From: a bacterium | GTDB taxonomy: Bacteria; Bacillota_I; Bacilli_A; RF39; UBA660 | Length of the DNA stretch: 64,000 bases | Direction: 5' to 3' | NCBI GenBank assembly: GCA_030524925.1 | Contig: JAUNFS010000003.1 | Location: forward strand, 2,146-66,145 | Shown here: positions 54,065 through 64,000 of the stretch, in pieces | Layout of the letters: each line of letters opens with the position of its first letter | How positions within the stretch are numbered: position 1 is the stretch's first letter | Position numbers and translations under genes: made by a program | Notes under the pieces: generated by a model | Seen by the model: only the letters and a program-made list of their open reading frames with translations | Database searches by the model: none | Told to the model about the DNA's origin: nothing

Positions 54065-56620
54065 CTACTTTGCTTCGTAAAGGTCAGTTCCTGAGTCAAT
54101 ACTTACTTTTAGTGGAACTTTTAAGCTGACAATATTTTCCATTTCCGATTTAATTAAGTTAACTAGTTTTTCTTTTTCGCTATTTACTACGTCAAATACA
54201 AGTTCGTCATGAATTTGTAAAAGCATTTTACTTTGAAAGTTTTCTTCAGTCATTTTTTCGTCTATTTTAATCATCGCCATTTTAATAATGTCGGCAGCAG
54301 TTCCTTGGATTGGCGTATTAAGGGCGATTCTTTCACCAGCCATTTTAATCATGTAGTTTTTATTGTTTAGTTCTTCTATGGTTCTTTTGCGGTTAAATAG
54401 AGTTCTTACGGAGCCATAGATATGAGCTTCTTCTTTGATTTCGTCCATATATTTTTTAACGCCTGGATATTTTTCTAGATATTTATCAATGAACTTTTTA
54501 GCGTCTGCTGGTTTGATGTTTAAGTTTTCACCTAGGCCAAAACCACTGATACCATAAACGATTCCGAAAATTACGGCTTTAGCAGTTCTTCTCATTGATT
54601 TTGTTACTTCTTCTTTAGGAACATCAAAGATATCACTTGCAACAGTTTTATGAATGTCTTCATCGTTTTTAAAGGCATTAATCATTTCTTCAGAGTTACT
54701 GATGTGTGATAAGACTCTTAGTTCTATTTGGGAATAGTCTGCACTTATAAAGATGTCTTTTTCAGGAATGAATGCTTTACGAACTTTGCGGTCAGTTTCA
54801 TCTCTAGTTGGAATATTTTGAAGGTTTGGCTCAGCACTTGATAGTCTACCGGTTCTTGTTAGAGTTTGTTTATAGATTGTATGAATTTTACCATCTGCTA
54901 AAATATAGTTGTTTAAACCTTCTAGGTAAGTACTTTTTAATTTTGCTAAATTACGGTATTCAAGAATTAATTCAATGATTGGATGAACACCAATTAGTTT
55001 TTCTAAGATGCTGGCATCAGTACTGTATGATTTATTTTTAACCAGCTTTTTAGGGTATGGTAGCCCCATTTTGTCAAAGAGAATTACACCTAATTGTTTA
55101 GGACTAGATACATTAAATTCTTCTTTAGCGTAAGAATATATTTCATTTTGGATGTTTTCTATTTTTTTGCCTACTTCATCGTTCATGTTTTTTAGAATGG
55201 CTTTATCGCATTTAATTCCATTAAATTCCATTTTTGCTAGGACTTTAACTAAAGGCATTTCTACATTGTTAAATAAATCAAACATTTCTTCCATTTTTAG
55301 TTTTTTGATAAGGTCATCTCTTGTATCATAGATGTATTTAGCTTTTAAAGTTACAGCTATTTTTAAGTCTTCTTCATTTTTTAGAGCGTCACTGTAAAAA
55401 GGAACGTCAATACCTTCATTGTTCATTAGGTAAGCTAAGTCTTCTTTGATTTGATAGTTTAAAAGGTAAGTTGCTATCATGTTATCAAAGATAGTATTTA
55501 GGTTAAAGTCTTTTAGTAGTATCATGTTCTTTTTTAGATCGTATGTGTATTTTATACTGTTTCTTATATAATCAATAACTTCTTTAACTTTTTCTTTTTC
55601 TACGTAAAATAAGTTTTCGCCATCGTATACGCCTGCACCTAAAATGTTTGCTAGGTGATAGTTTTCTTTATCACATTCTATATAATAAGAAATGATTTTG
55701 TCTTTGTTTATTTCATTTACATCTTTTAAAATTTTGTATTCTTTTTGATAGTTTTTTTCTTTTTGAGGAATCTTTTTTAGTAGTGAATAAAATTCTAGTT
55801 CTGCAAATAGTTCATCTAGCATTGGTGTACTTCCCGTATATACCATGTCTTTTAATTCATCTTTTAGAGGTACTTCTTTATAAATAGTACAGATGTCTTT
55901 ACTAAAGAAAGCACTGTCACGGTCGTTTACTAGTTTGTCATGGACACTTCCTTTAATCATGTCTATGTTAGCATAGATGTTTTCTAGGGAGCCATATTCT
56001 TTTAAAAGTTTTAGGGCAGTTTTTTCACCAATTCCTTTAACGCCAGGAACGTTATCAGATGCATCACCACTTAAGGCTTTTAGGTCTATTATTCTTATTG
56101 GTTCAATGCCATAGTCTTCTTTAAATGTCTTCGGATTATATCTAACGTAGCCTTTTTGTTTTAGAAGTTTTACGTCTACTACATCGCTTATTAACTGCAA
56201 TAGGTCACGGTCTGACGAGACAATTGTCGCATCAAATTCAGGGTCTTTATCAGCATAGGCAGCGATAGTACCAATGATATCATCTGCTTCAAAGTTTTCT
56301 ACTTCATAGTGTTTAATGCCCATAGCGTCTAATATTTTGTGAGCAATTACCATTTGAGATTTTAAATCTTCAGGTGTTTCTCTTCTTCCTTCTTTGTAAT
56401 GATCATATTTTTCGTGTCTAAAATTTTTACCGATATCAAACGCTACGGCCATATATTTGGGTTTTTCTTCTTCAATTATTTTATTAATCATGGTTGTAAA
56501 ACCGTATAAGGCATTAGTTACAACGCCTTTGCTATTTTTCATAATAGAGCCACTATAAAGGGTCGCATAGTAGCTTCTAAACATTAGATTATTTCCGTCA
56601 ATTAGGATAACTTTTTTCAT
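54065..56620 (-). CDS. polA: DNA polymerase I
   Basis: 5' nuclease LIDGNNLMFRSYYA. Pol motifs DYSQIELR, RRTAKAVIFGIVYG, QIHDELVF. Confidence 0.95.
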   Translation of the reverse strand: MKKVILIDGNNLMFRSYYATLYSGSIMKNSKGVVTNALYGFTTMINKIIEEEKPKYMAVAFDIGKNFRHEKYDHYKEGRRETPEDLKSQMVIAHKILDAMGIKHYEVENFEADDIIGTIAAYADKDPEFDATIVSSDRDLLQLISDVVDVKLLKQKGYVRYNPKTFKEDYGIEPIRIIDLKALSGDASDNVPGVKGIGEKTALKLLKEYGSLENIYANIDMIKGSVHDKLVNDRDSAFFSKDICTIYKEVPLKDELKDMVYTGSTPMLDELFAELEFYSLLKKIPQKEKNYQKEYKILKDVNEINKDKIISYYIECDKENYHLANILGAGVYDGENLFYVEKEKVKEVIDYIRNSIKYTYDLKKNMILLKDFNLNTIFDNMIATYLLNYQIKEDLAYLMNNEGIDVPFYSDALKNEEDLKIAVTLKAKYIYDTRDDLIKKLKMEEMFDLFNNVEMPLVKVLAKMEFNGIKCDKAILKNMNDEVGKKIENIQNEIYSYAKEEFNVSSPKQLGVILFDKMGLPYPKKLVKNKSYSTDASILEKLIGVHPIIELILEYRNLAKLKSTYLEGLNNYILADGKIHTIYKQTLTRTGRLSSAEPNLQNIPTRDETDRKVRKAFIPEKDIFISADYSQIELRVLSHISNSEEMINAFKNDEDIHKTVASDIFDVPKEEVTKSMRRTAKAVIFGIVYGISGFGLGENLNIKPADAKKFIDKYLEKYPGVKKYMDEIKEEAHIYGSVRTLFNRKRTIEELNNKNYMIKMAGERIALNTPIQGTAADIIKMAMIKIDEKMTEENFQSKMLLQIHDELVFDVVNSEKEKLVNLIKSEMENIVSLKVPLKVSIDSGTDLYEAK

Positions 56621-56686
56621 ATATTTCACCTACATTTATTATAGTATAATTTAGTTTTTTTATAAAGAAAAAATAGGTTTATTTCC

Positions 56687-56881
56687 CTATTTTATCTTGA
56701 TTAGTCCTGCATCTATCTCTTCTAGTGCTCTACCTAGTTCTTTTTTGTTTTTGTATTCGTTTTCTTTCATTTGTAGCCAGCCAGTTTCTTGGATTTGTTT
56801 AGCACGAGTTGCTATTACATGAACTAATTTGTACTTACTGTCAATTTGATTTAAGATTTTATCAACTGATGGATATAACAT
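56687..56881 (-). CDS. rpoZ: DNA-directed RNA polymerase subunit omega
   Basis: From ATG 56881 after GGAGAG: MLYPSVDKILNQIDSKYKLVHVIATRAKQIQ matches Bacillus RpoZ [31 protein letters not shown]. The upstream part of the track ORF is not coding. Confidence 0.8.
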   Translation of the reverse strand: MLYPSVDKILNQIDSKYKLVHVIATRAKQIQETGWLQMKENEYKNKKELGRALEEIDAGLIKIK

Positions 56882-56968
56882 TTTAATCACTCTCCTATTA
56901 ATACTAATATAATATAATTTTTTTAATAAAACATCGTTATGGACTAATTTTAGACATTTTATTGACAA

Positions 56969-57652
56969 CTATTTTAATTTACTATCTCCGTTTAGGTAAT
57001 TTATTTCTATTCCGTCTTGGACATTGTAGACGTAGACATTAAATTTTAAGCCGGCTCCGTTATCTTCAACACTTAGTGCTTCCATATGAATTCCACTTGC
57101 TAGAAGGTTATCGTTTTCAAAGATTGGGGTAACACGGTACATAACATGATTGCTTGTTTCTTTAATGTAGTCTGCTACTTTATTTTCAAATTCTAGCATA
57201 GTTTGACTGTTAGTTTGTCTTGTACAGGTTATTAAATTGTTTTTGTTAGCATTTTGGCCAGTTAATTGAAAGCCAATTAGATGACATCTATTATATAGGT
57301 ATTTACCATCTACTATGTCATATTTTACTGTGTGCCAGCCACTTGGTTTGATCATGCCGATACCAGTACGTTTTTCAGTTGGCATGAGGTCTTTTCCTAG
57401 GGATGCATAAGCAACAGTGCACCTACCAAGATCATCTAAGTCTCCATAAAGTTCAAAAGATTCAGTTGTTAGACTATTAAAACTTGGCTCATTATTATTT
57501 ATTTCTATATAGGCTTTATCAGCGTATGCTGGAATATTTTCCATGGTTATATTTGTAGCACTTAAAGTATCGGGTACTTTATTATTTTCATTGATATATG
57601 TGTATAGGCTAAATACACTAATTAGGATTATTAAACTTAAAAACTTCTTCAT
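56969..57652 (-). CDS. secreted/membrane DNA-RNA non-specific endonuclease (NucA/EndA-like)
   Basis: Signal anchor. YNRCHLIGFQLTGQNANKNNL catalytic region. Confidence 0.75.
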   Translation of the reverse strand: MKKFLSLIILISVFSLYTYINENNKVPDTLSATNITMENIPAYADKAYIEINNNEPSFNSLTTESFELYGDLDDLGRCTVAYASLGKDLMPTEKRTGIGMIKPSGWHTVKYDIVDGKYLYNRCHLIGFQLTGQNANKNNLITCTRQTNSQTMLEFENKVADYIKETSNHVMYRVTPIFENDNLLASGIHMEALSVEDNGAGLKFNVYVYNVQDGIEINYLNGDSKLK

Positions 57653-57727
57653 TTTTTACCTCACAAAAGAATTATACTTTATTTAGTGAAAAAGAAAAAG
57701 TCTATTATGTAAGACTTTTGTAAAGAT

Positions 57728-58153
57728 TTATTTCTTTTTTAGTAAATCTCTTATTTCTTCTAAAAGAATAGTTTTATCATCCTTTTTAGGTGGTGCTGGT
57801 GGTGTTTCTTTTTTACGATTAAATTTATTAATTATTTTTACAAATATAAAGATGCATAGTGCTACTATTAAAAAGTCAAGAATGTTTTGTAAAAATACAC
57901 CATAGTTTACCGTAGCATCTCCTAGTTTTAGAGTAAGATTTGTTAAGTTAATGCCACCAATTACGATACCGATTAAAGGCATAATGATGTCGTTTACTAG
58001 TGATGAGACAATTTTACTAAAAGCACCACCAATGATTACACCTACTGCTAAGTCTATTACGTTACCTTTAGAGATAAATTCTTTAAATTCTTTGATAGTT
58101 TTACCACTTTTGGTTTTAATTTCTTTTCTGATTTCTTTATTATTTTTTTTCAT
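57728..58153 (-). CDS. mscL: large-conductance mechanosensitive channel
   Basis: [40 protein letters not shown]. Confidence 0.9.
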   Translation of the reverse strand: MKKNNKEIRKEIKTKSGKTIKEFKEFISKGNVIDLAVGVIIGGAFSKIVSSLVNDIIMPLIGIVIGGINLTNLTLKLGDATVNYGVFLQNILDFLIVALCIFIFVKIINKFNRKKETPPAPPKKDDKTILLEEIRDLLKKK

Positions 58154-58164
58154 GTTACTTCCTC

Positions 58165-59802
58165 TTATATTTCTTGAATTACAGCGATTATCATTGGTTT
58201 ACATTCAGTTTCTACGTAGAAGTATTTACCTAGTTTTTCTCTTATTTCAGCTTTGATGTTATTATAATCAACATAACCATTATTTGTATTATTGATAATT
58301 ACTTCTAGGGATATTCTTTTAATTTCTTCAATCATTTCTTTACTGTCTTTTACATAGATGAAACCTCTTGTTGTTACTTCGGGCCCAACGATAACATGTT
58401 TATCTTTTTTAGATAGAGTTGCACTTACTAGGACAATGCCGTTTTCTGATAGCATTTCTCTGTCTTTGATTACTAGGTCGCCTACGTCATCAGAGCTAGT
58501 TCCATCAATTAAAACGTCATCTATAAACATGTGCTCAAAGTTATCTTCTAGTTTTTTATTAGTAATAGTTACAATGTCACCATTTTGTTTTAGTAAGATA
58601 TTTTCTTTTTTGTAGCCTAGGTCACTCGCTAGGTTTGCGGCTCCGACCATATAACGATACTCGCCTTTTACTGGCATAAAGTATTTTGGTTTTAGAAGAT
58701 TTATCATTAACATTAAGTCTTCAGATGAAGCATGAAGGGAAATACCTTTATCTTTAGGAATGCTAATTGTGTTAATACCTTTATATGCTAGTTCATTTTC
58801 TAGTTTTACGATAATTTTTTCGTTTTCGTCATATTTTGGTTCAGCAAAACAGAAAGTGTCACTGCTTCTTAGTTTGATAAATTTATCATTGCCAGCTACT
58901 ATTTTTTCTATGGCATTATATGGATGAGAGCGATCATCACAAACTAATAAGATAGCGTTTTCATCTTCAATGTTTGATAGATCACCAATTAGGTTTTCGC
59001 CGACTATCATATATTTTTCTTTAATAGCCATATTAATAATGTTTTGTAGTTTCTTACCCATAATGACAATTTTACGATGAGTGTTTCTAGCAGCATTAAA
59101 GATGCCTTCAATAGTATAAAGATGGATATGGAGAACACTAAAAATTACTCTACCATTTGCTTTATTGATAACGTTTTTAAAGAATGAACTCATGTGATGA
59201 CTTGGACTAGTATGGCCAATGTTTTCCGAAAAAGATGATTCACATAATAGTGCTAGAACTCCTTGTTTACCAACATAAGCGATTTTCCCTAAGTCCATAT
59301 TATATGCTCCCATCATTGATGGATCTATAATAAAGTCACCAGTATAGGCGATAGCACCATCTTTCGTATTTAGAACGTACATAACAGCATCTGGTACTGA
59401 ATGATTAACATTTATTGGAAATACGCTTAAGTCTTTATCAAAAACAATCTTTTTGTGGGCTTCTATTAGATTTAAGTTTTTATCATTAATTCCTTCTAGT
59501 TTCATTTGATTGATAGTGTATTTAGTTGCATAAATTTTAATGTCAGGAATGTCTTTAATTAAGTCTGATACTCCGCCATAACTTTCTGGATGCGCATGAG
59601 TGATAAAGACTCCAACTATTTTTTTACTATTTTTTTCTAGATATGAATAGTCTGGCAAAATATAATCTACTCCGTACATACTGTCGTTTGCAAATTTTAA
59701 ACCAGCGTCAAATACAAATATTTTATTATCTACTTCTATGATATAAGTGTTTTTACCATTTTCGTTAAGTCCACCCATACCAAAAATTTTTATTTTACTC
59801 AT
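58165..59802 (-). CDS. rnj: RNase J family protein with degenerate metallo-beta-lactamase motifs
   Basis: Colinear with B. subtilis RNase J1 ([39 protein letters not shown]). HGHEDH is replaced by HAHPES. Confidence 0.8.
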   Translation of the reverse strand: MSKIKIFGMGGLNENGKNTYIIEVDNKIFVFDAGLKFANDSMYGVDYILPDYSYLEKNSKKIVGVFITHAHPESYGGVSDLIKDIPDIKIYATKYTINQMKLEGINDKNLNLIEAHKKIVFDKDLSVFPINVNHSVPDAVMYVLNTKDGAIAYTGDFIIDPSMMGAYNMDLGKIAYVGKQGVLALLCESSFSENIGHTSPSHHMSSFFKNVINKANGRVIFSVLHIHLYTIEGIFNAARNTHRKIVIMGKKLQNIINMAIKEKYMIVGENLIGDLSNIEDENAILLVCDDRSHPYNAIEKIVAGNDKFIKLRSSDTFCFAEPKYDENEKIIVKLENELAYKGINTISIPKDKGISLHASSEDLMLMINLLKPKYFMPVKGEYRYMVGAANLASDLGYKKENILLKQNGDIVTITNKKLEDNFEHMFIDDVLIDGTSSDDVGDLVIKDREMLSENGIVLVSATLSKKDKHVIVGPEVTTRGFIYVKDSKEMIEEIKRISLEVIINNTNNGYVDYNNIKAEIREKLGKYFYVETECKPMIIAVIQEI

Positions 59803-59920
59803 AAAATTCCTCTTTCTATATTTTAAATTAAATTACAAGTTTGGTAATTGCTTAATAAGTATAGCAAATTTTAGTTACTTTTTCAAATTTTTCTCTTTAA
59901 ACTTAGGAAATGAAAAAAAC

Positions 59921-60352
59921 TTAGTTTAGCTGTCCTAAGTTTATTACAGGGTCATTGGCTTCTTCTTCAGTCATTTGATCATACTTTTGAACAAAGTCTT
60001 CAATTAGTTTAATAAATGTTATATCGTTGTTTGTAAAAGAGATTTCTTTAACGTATTTTTTTAAGCTTTTGGGCAAGTTATTATTTAATGAAAAGAATAG
60101 TTTTGGTTTTTCTACTTGACTTAGCCATTTAAGTTCTAGTTTTAGACCAAAAGATGGAGTTGATACTTCAGCTACTACTAGGTCTGCTTTATTGATTAAG
60201 TCTTTCGCGTATTTTTCTTTATATGTTTTTGTTAGTGGCAGCATTAGTTCATGTTTATTTAGAATTGGACTACTTAAAATGTCTTTATATAGTAAGTTAT
60301 TATAGTCGTATCTTGATGAGTGAATAAAGTATATTTTTAGTCTTCTTTTCAT
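59921..60352 (-). CDS. hypothetical protein (nucleoside 2-deoxyribosyltransferase-like fold suspected)
   Basis: 143 aa, IYFIHSS...ADLVVAEVS pattern. Weak. Confidence 0.35.
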   Translation of the reverse strand: MKRRLKIYFIHSSRYDYNNLLYKDILSSPILNKHELMLPLTKTYKEKYAKDLINKADLVVAEVSTPSFGLKLELKWLSQVEKPKLFFSLNNNLPKSLKKYVKEISFTNNDITFIKLIEDFVQKYDQMTEEEANDPVINLGQLN

Positions 60353-60421
60353 ATTATCACCAAAATAATAATATCATAAGTTTTAAAGTTTTGCTATAAT
60401 TAAAGACGGAGGGATAGCTTT

Positions 60422-61519
60422 ATGGATGTTATTGGAATAGTTGCTGAGTATAATCCTTTTCATAATGGGCATATTTATCAAATTAAAAAAGTTAGAGAGC
60501 TTTATAAGGATGCAATCATCATCGTGGTTGTAAATGGCTATTTTTTAGAACGCGGTGAGATAAGTATTTTATCTAAGGATGAAAAAACGCGAATTTGTTT
60601 AGAGTACGGCGTAGATTTAGTGGTAGAACTTCCTTTTGTATTTGGTAGTAATTCCGCAGATATATTTGCTGAAAGTGCGGTTACTATTTTAAATAAGCTT
60701 GGCGTAAATAAACTAATTTTTGGCAGTGAAAGCAATAATTTAGATTTACTTTATGAAAGTGCTAGAAAGCAGTTAGATAGTTCTTTTGATGATTTAGTTA
60801 GTAAGCAGATGAAAAGTGGTGTTAACTACCCTACTACTATTAATAATTTGGTGGGCATTTCTATTTCTACGCCTAATGATTTACTTGGAGTATCTTATAT
60901 TAAAGCAATTCTTAAAAATGATTTTAAAATTCAGCCAGTAGCTATTCAAAGGACGAATGATTTTCATGATGTATGTTTAGATGAGCAAGTTGTTAGTGCT
61001 TCAAATGTAAGAAATAGACTATTAAATGGTGAGGATGTTTCTAAGTATACGCCTTGCACTAAATTTAATAAAGTAGATAAAGATTTACTATTTAAACTTT
61101 TAAGGTATAAGATTATTACATGTAAGGATTTGAGCATTTATCTAACTGTTGATGAAGGAATAGAATATAAGATAAAAAAAGAGATTGGTAAAGCTAATAG
61201 TTTAGATGATTTAATTTTAAGAGTTAAGTCTAAGCGTTATACTTATAATAGAATACAAAGAATGTTTATGCATATTTTAGTGGGATTTACTAAGGAAGAT
61301 AAAGAAAAATTAAAATTAGAATATATTAAAGTTTTGGGATTTAACGAGACAGGAAAGAAATATTTAAAGGGTATTAAATCAGATATTCTAGTTAGTAGAA
61401 AGATTAGTGAAGAGTTTCTTGCACAAAGATATGAACTTACTGCTTCGTTACTATATGATTTGGTTACTTTAGATAATACTTATAATTTTGAGGTTAATAA
61501 TAAACCTGTTATTAAATAA
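60422..61519 (+). CDS. tmcAL: tRNA(Met) cytidine acetate ligase (YlbM/UPF0348)
   Basis: GIVAEYNPFHNGHIYQI, VVNGYFLERGE. Confidence 0.85.
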   Translation: MDVIGIVAEYNPFHNGHIYQIKKVRELYKDAIIIVVVNGYFLERGEISILSKDEKTRICLEYGVDLVVELPFVFGSNSADIFAESAVTILNKLGVNKLIFGSESNNLDLLYESARKQLDSSFDDLVSKQMKSGVNYPTTINNLVGISISTPNDLLGVSYIKAILKNDFKIQPVAIQRTNDFHDVCLDEQVVSASNVRNRLLNGEDVSKYTPCTKFNKVDKDLLFKLLRYKIITCKDLSIYLTVDEGIEYKIKKEIGKANSLDDLILRVKSKRYTYNRIQRMFMHILVGFTKEDKEKLKLEYIKVLGFNETGKKYLKGIKSDILVSRKISEEFLAQRYELTASLLYDLVTLDNTYNFEVNNKPVIK

Positions 61520-61531
61520 AAAAATATCGGC

Positions 61532-61783
61532 TTAAAATGAGTCGATATTTATTTTGACACGATTTAGTTCATGGATATAAGCATAGGCTTGAACTAGAGT
61601 TCTAATACTATTAGCCATTTTACCATTTCTACCAATTACAGCACCCATATCACTTTCATGAACAATGATTTCTAACATTATTTCAGCATCATCGCCACTA
61701 AATTCTTGAACACTTACCATGTCTGGTTCTTTACAAATGTTTTTTACTAAGTCTAAAGTAAAATCAATTAAATCTTGATGCAT
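61532..61783 (-). CDS. KH-domain RNA-binding protein (YlqC-like)
   Basis: DMGAVIGRNGKMANSIRTLV. Immediately downstream of rpsP, as in Bacillus. Confidence 0.8.
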   Translation of the reverse strand: MHQDLIDFTLDLVKNICKEPDMVSVQEFSGDDAEIMLEIIVHESDMGAVIGRNGKMANSIRTLVQAYAYIHELNRVKINIDSF

Positions 61784-61785
61784 AA

Positions 61786-62061
61786 TTATTTACCACTTTT
61801 CTTAGTTTCTTTGAATTTTGACCATACGCCTGATTTTTGAAAGATATTTTTTACTGTATCAGTTGGGATAGCGCCATTGTTTAGCCATTTCATAGCTTTT
61901 TCTTCATCTACAGTAATATTGTTTTCTTTATAGATTGGTGCATAAGTTCCGACAACTTCAATGAATCTTCCATCTCTTGGACTTCTTGAATCAGCAGCTA
62001 CAATACGATAAAATGGTCTAGCTTTTGATCCCATTCTTTTTAATCTTAATTTTACAGCCAT
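61786..62061 (-). CDS. rpsP: 30S ribosomal protein S16
   Basis: [35 protein letters not shown]. Confidence 0.95.
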   Translation of the reverse strand: MAVKLRLKRMGSKARPFYRIVAADSRSPRDGRFIEVVGTYAPIYKENNITVDEEKAMKWLNNGAIPTDTVKNIFQKSGVWSKFKETKKSGK

Positions 62062-62096
62062 TATAATATGCCTCCTTTTTCTAACAATATGTTAGC

Positions 62097-62137
62097 AAAA
62101 AAAAAACATGATGTCAACTATTTTTGGTTGACATCAT
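62097..62137 (-). terminator. rho-independent terminator after cotE
   Basis: 11-bp stem ATGATGTCAAC/GTTGACATCAT followed by T10 on the minus strand. Confidence 0.65.
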
Positions 62138-62630
62138 TTAGGTAGTCTTCTTTAATATCAATATCTTCGTCTTCGATCTCTTCATAGTCATCTGCTTCAT
62201 CATAAGCATTTACTTTAACTTTAGTTTCGCCAATAACTTCAATACCTAGTTCTTTTTCAACACTTAAAGTTACTACATTTTCGTTAATATCTGCCTTAGA
62301 TACATTTGGTGCGGTTAAGGCTTTAACAGTTACATCAGTAGCTTCGTTTGGATTTTTTAGTTTCATTTCAAATTTTTCTTCATAGTTAATTGTTTTTACT
62401 AGGACACTAGTTTTAGTATTATTATCATAAGAGTACCAAAGATTTAAATCATAACTACCTCTTACTAAGTACCCGCTTTCGTTTTTCTCGCCTTTAAATG
62501 AATGATTTATGATCCAACAACCAAGCACCTTATCTATTTTTATTTCAGTAATGATTTTGATATCTTCAGTGTTTTTCTTTTTACTTTTACCGATAACTGC
62601 TTTAGTTACTATTTCTTTAAGATTAGCCAT
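62118..62630 (-). CDS. cotE: outer spore coat morphogenetic protein CotE
   Basis: LKEIVTKAVIGKSKK...VLGCWIINHSF...YDLNLWYSYDNNTKT...VIGETKV, then an acidic tail. Colinear with B. subtilis CotE. Confidence 0.8.
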   Translation of the reverse strand: MANLKEIVTKAVIGKSKKKNTEDIKIITEIKIDKVLGCWIINHSFKGEKNESGYLVRGSYDLNLWYSYDNNTKTSVLVKTINYEEKFEMKLKNPNEATDVTVKALTAPNVSKADINENVVTLSVEKELGIEVIGETKVKVNAYDEADDYEEIEDEDIDIKEDYLNDVNQK

Positions 62631-62718
62631 TTATATTCCCCCTCAATTTAATTTATGCTTTTGCCTAAGAAAAGTGTACTATTTTATAATTAAAAAAACC
62701 CTTTTGTAAGGGTTAATT

Positions 62719-64000
62719 TTAAAGCACTGAGAATAATACTAATACTAAGATATTAACAAGTGCTATTGTTAAAACTACTTTAAATGCCCATTTAAACCAT
62801 GTAGAGTATTCTACTTTAGCTAGTGCTAAACCTCCCATGATAGCTCCGCAAGTTGGGGTAATTAAGTTTACTAAACCATTTGCAGATACGATGGTCATTA
62901 TTGATACTTCAGTACTATAACCTAGATTAGCAGTAAGTGGTGCAATAATTGGTGTTGATAGGGTTGCTAATCCTGATGATGATGGTACTAAAATAGATAA
63001 TACTATATGTAATACATAATTTAGTGGTACAAATAGTATTTCTGGTAATTTTGATAGGAAGTCACTTGCATTATAGATAATAAAGTTATCTAAGAATGTT
63101 TGACTCATTAAAACGCTTGCTCCTCTAGCAACAGCAATTACTAGAATTACACCGATCATATCATCTGCGCCGTCAACAAATGTGTCAACAAAGTCTTTTT
63201 CTCCATAGCCATTTATAAATGAAATTATTAATGACATAATGAAGAACCATAATGCAGCTTCATAGAACCACCAATCTCCTAGAGCTTCACCTGTTAACCA
63301 GCCAGTAAAACTACTAAAGAATGAGATATTAAATTCTCCCCATGGAATAAATCCGATAATCATTATTACAAATGTTAATGCGAATAACCATAGTGTTACT
63401 TTTTGTTTTCCAGTTAGATGAGCTTTTTCTTTAGAAGCTTCTACAAATTTTCCGAATGCTTTTTCGGCTTTTTGTTGTTCTCTTAGTGAAAGAATTGTTG
63501 ATCCTTTGTCTTTCTTTACTTTTTTAGCATATGCTAAGACGAATAGTGTAGATATCGCATATGTTGTTAGCCATAGTACAACTGCAATAAATATTACTAA
63601 ACCTTGATTTGCTGCTACTCCACTAGGTAATGAACTTAAGGCAACGCCTGTTGCAAATGGGTTGATTGTAGAGCCTAAAACTCCTGAACCAGCTCCTAAT
63701 AGAATAACTGCTGAACCAACTAATGGGTCCATACCTGCGGCAAACATGGTTGCTGCTAGTAAAACGTAAAAGCCAACTGTTTCTTCTAACATTCCGTATG
63801 TAGTTCCACAAATTGAGAAGATAAACATTAAGATTGGTATTAACCATAGTTCTCTTCCATGTAATTTTTGAACTAATACTTTGATTCCTGTCTCTAAGGC
63901 TTTTGTTTTATCCATTATTTTTAGGAATCCACCTAGTATCATGATGAATATTGCAACATCTATTGCGTTTTCAAAACCTAAAATTGGGGCTTTTAATACT
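62719..64000 (-). CDS. YfcC/C4-dicarboxylate-anaerobic-carrier-type membrane transporter, 5' end outside window
   Basis: Polytopic. The frame stays open upstream of the track Met to the window edge (VLKAPILGFENAIDVAIFIMILGGFLKIM). Confidence 0.65.
   Translation of the reverse strand, partial: VLKAPILGFENAIDVAIFIMILGGFLKIMDKTKALETGIKVLVQKLHGRELWLIPILMFIFSICGTTYGMLEETVGFYVLLAATMFAAGMDPLVGSAVILLGAGSGVLGSTINPFATGVALSSLPSGVAANQGLVIFIAVVLWLTTYAISTLFVLAYAKKVKKDKGSTILSLREQQKAEKAFGKFVEASKEKAHLTGKQKVTLWLFALTFVIMIIGFIPWGEFNISFFSSFTGWLTGEALGDWWFYEAALWFFIMSLIISFINGYGEKDFVDTFVDGADDMIGVILVIAVARGASVLMSQTFLDNFIIYNASDFLSKLPEILFVPLNYVLHIVLSILVPSSSGLATLSTPIIAPLTANLGYSTEVSIMTIVSANGLVNLITPTCGAIMGGLALAKVEYSTWFKWAFKVVLTIALVNILVLVLFSVL

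Noticed and set aside
62062-62096. Palindrome CTAACATATTGTTAG in the rpsP leader as a regulatory site
   Set aside because: It is short and AT-rich, and I can recall no matching known motif. It was left unannotated.
1-64000. CRISPR arrays, rRNA genes, IS elements/transposases, long tandem DNA repeats
   Set aside because: I scanned for regularly spaced direct repeats, rRNA-like GC-richer blocks and transposase-like ORFs and found none. The only repeats seen are intragenic (LysM protein, CnaB-like domains, Asn-rich AbiTii tail).

Overview
Visibly AT-rich chromosomal segment (roughly 70% A+T by eye, not computed) from a low-GC, sortase-using, spore-forming Bacillota. CotE, EzrA, PrkC/Stp, RNase J and TmcAL are all recognisable. 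Finer taxonomy cannot be set without a database search. About 75 genes, mostly on the minus strand. Core blocks: LCP/LysM/mtaB region (0-7.3 kb); rpe-rsgA-prkC-stp-rlmN, then fmt-nrnA-ackA-thiI-cysteine desulfurase-ezrA-mutM-polA-rpoZ (35-57 kb); mscL-rnj, tmcAL, KH-rpsP-cotE and a partial YfcC-type transporter (57-64 kb). Accessory blocks: (i) a sortase/adhesin locus (7.4-12.4 kb) with an N-terminally extended sortase B, a second sortase and a thioester-domain (TQxA-type) CnaB-repeat adhesin ending in VPKTG. (ii) tRNA(CAT) and tRNA-Leu(TAG) at 15.0-15.2 kb, followed by a ~7 kb integrated satellite-like element carrying an AbiTii-like defence gene, XRE regulators, Prim-Pol/RepA-type replicase and a large serine recombinase. 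(iii) Next to it, a seven-gene minus-strand operon (23.06-29.9 kb), my best candidate for an undescribed system. It encodes three prepilin/TadE-like small proteins with a shared M-[KR]-E-[AS]-x-x-G N-terminus, one of them an 82-aa Cys-rich pilin candidate with its own consensus promoter. It also encodes a 1093-aa Cys-rich secreted protein with a degenerate thioester-like N-domain, a TadZ/CpaE-like pseudo-ATPase and a VirB2-like two-TM protein. No motor ATPase, platform protein or prepilin peptidase is present. (iv) An MqsR-like toxin with an MqsA-like HTH fused to a Panacea (DUF4065) antitoxin domain (33.7-35.0 kb). No rRNA, CRISPR array, IS element or transposase was seen. All functional calls rest on motif recognition by eye from the supplied translations and my own translations. 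No searches were run.
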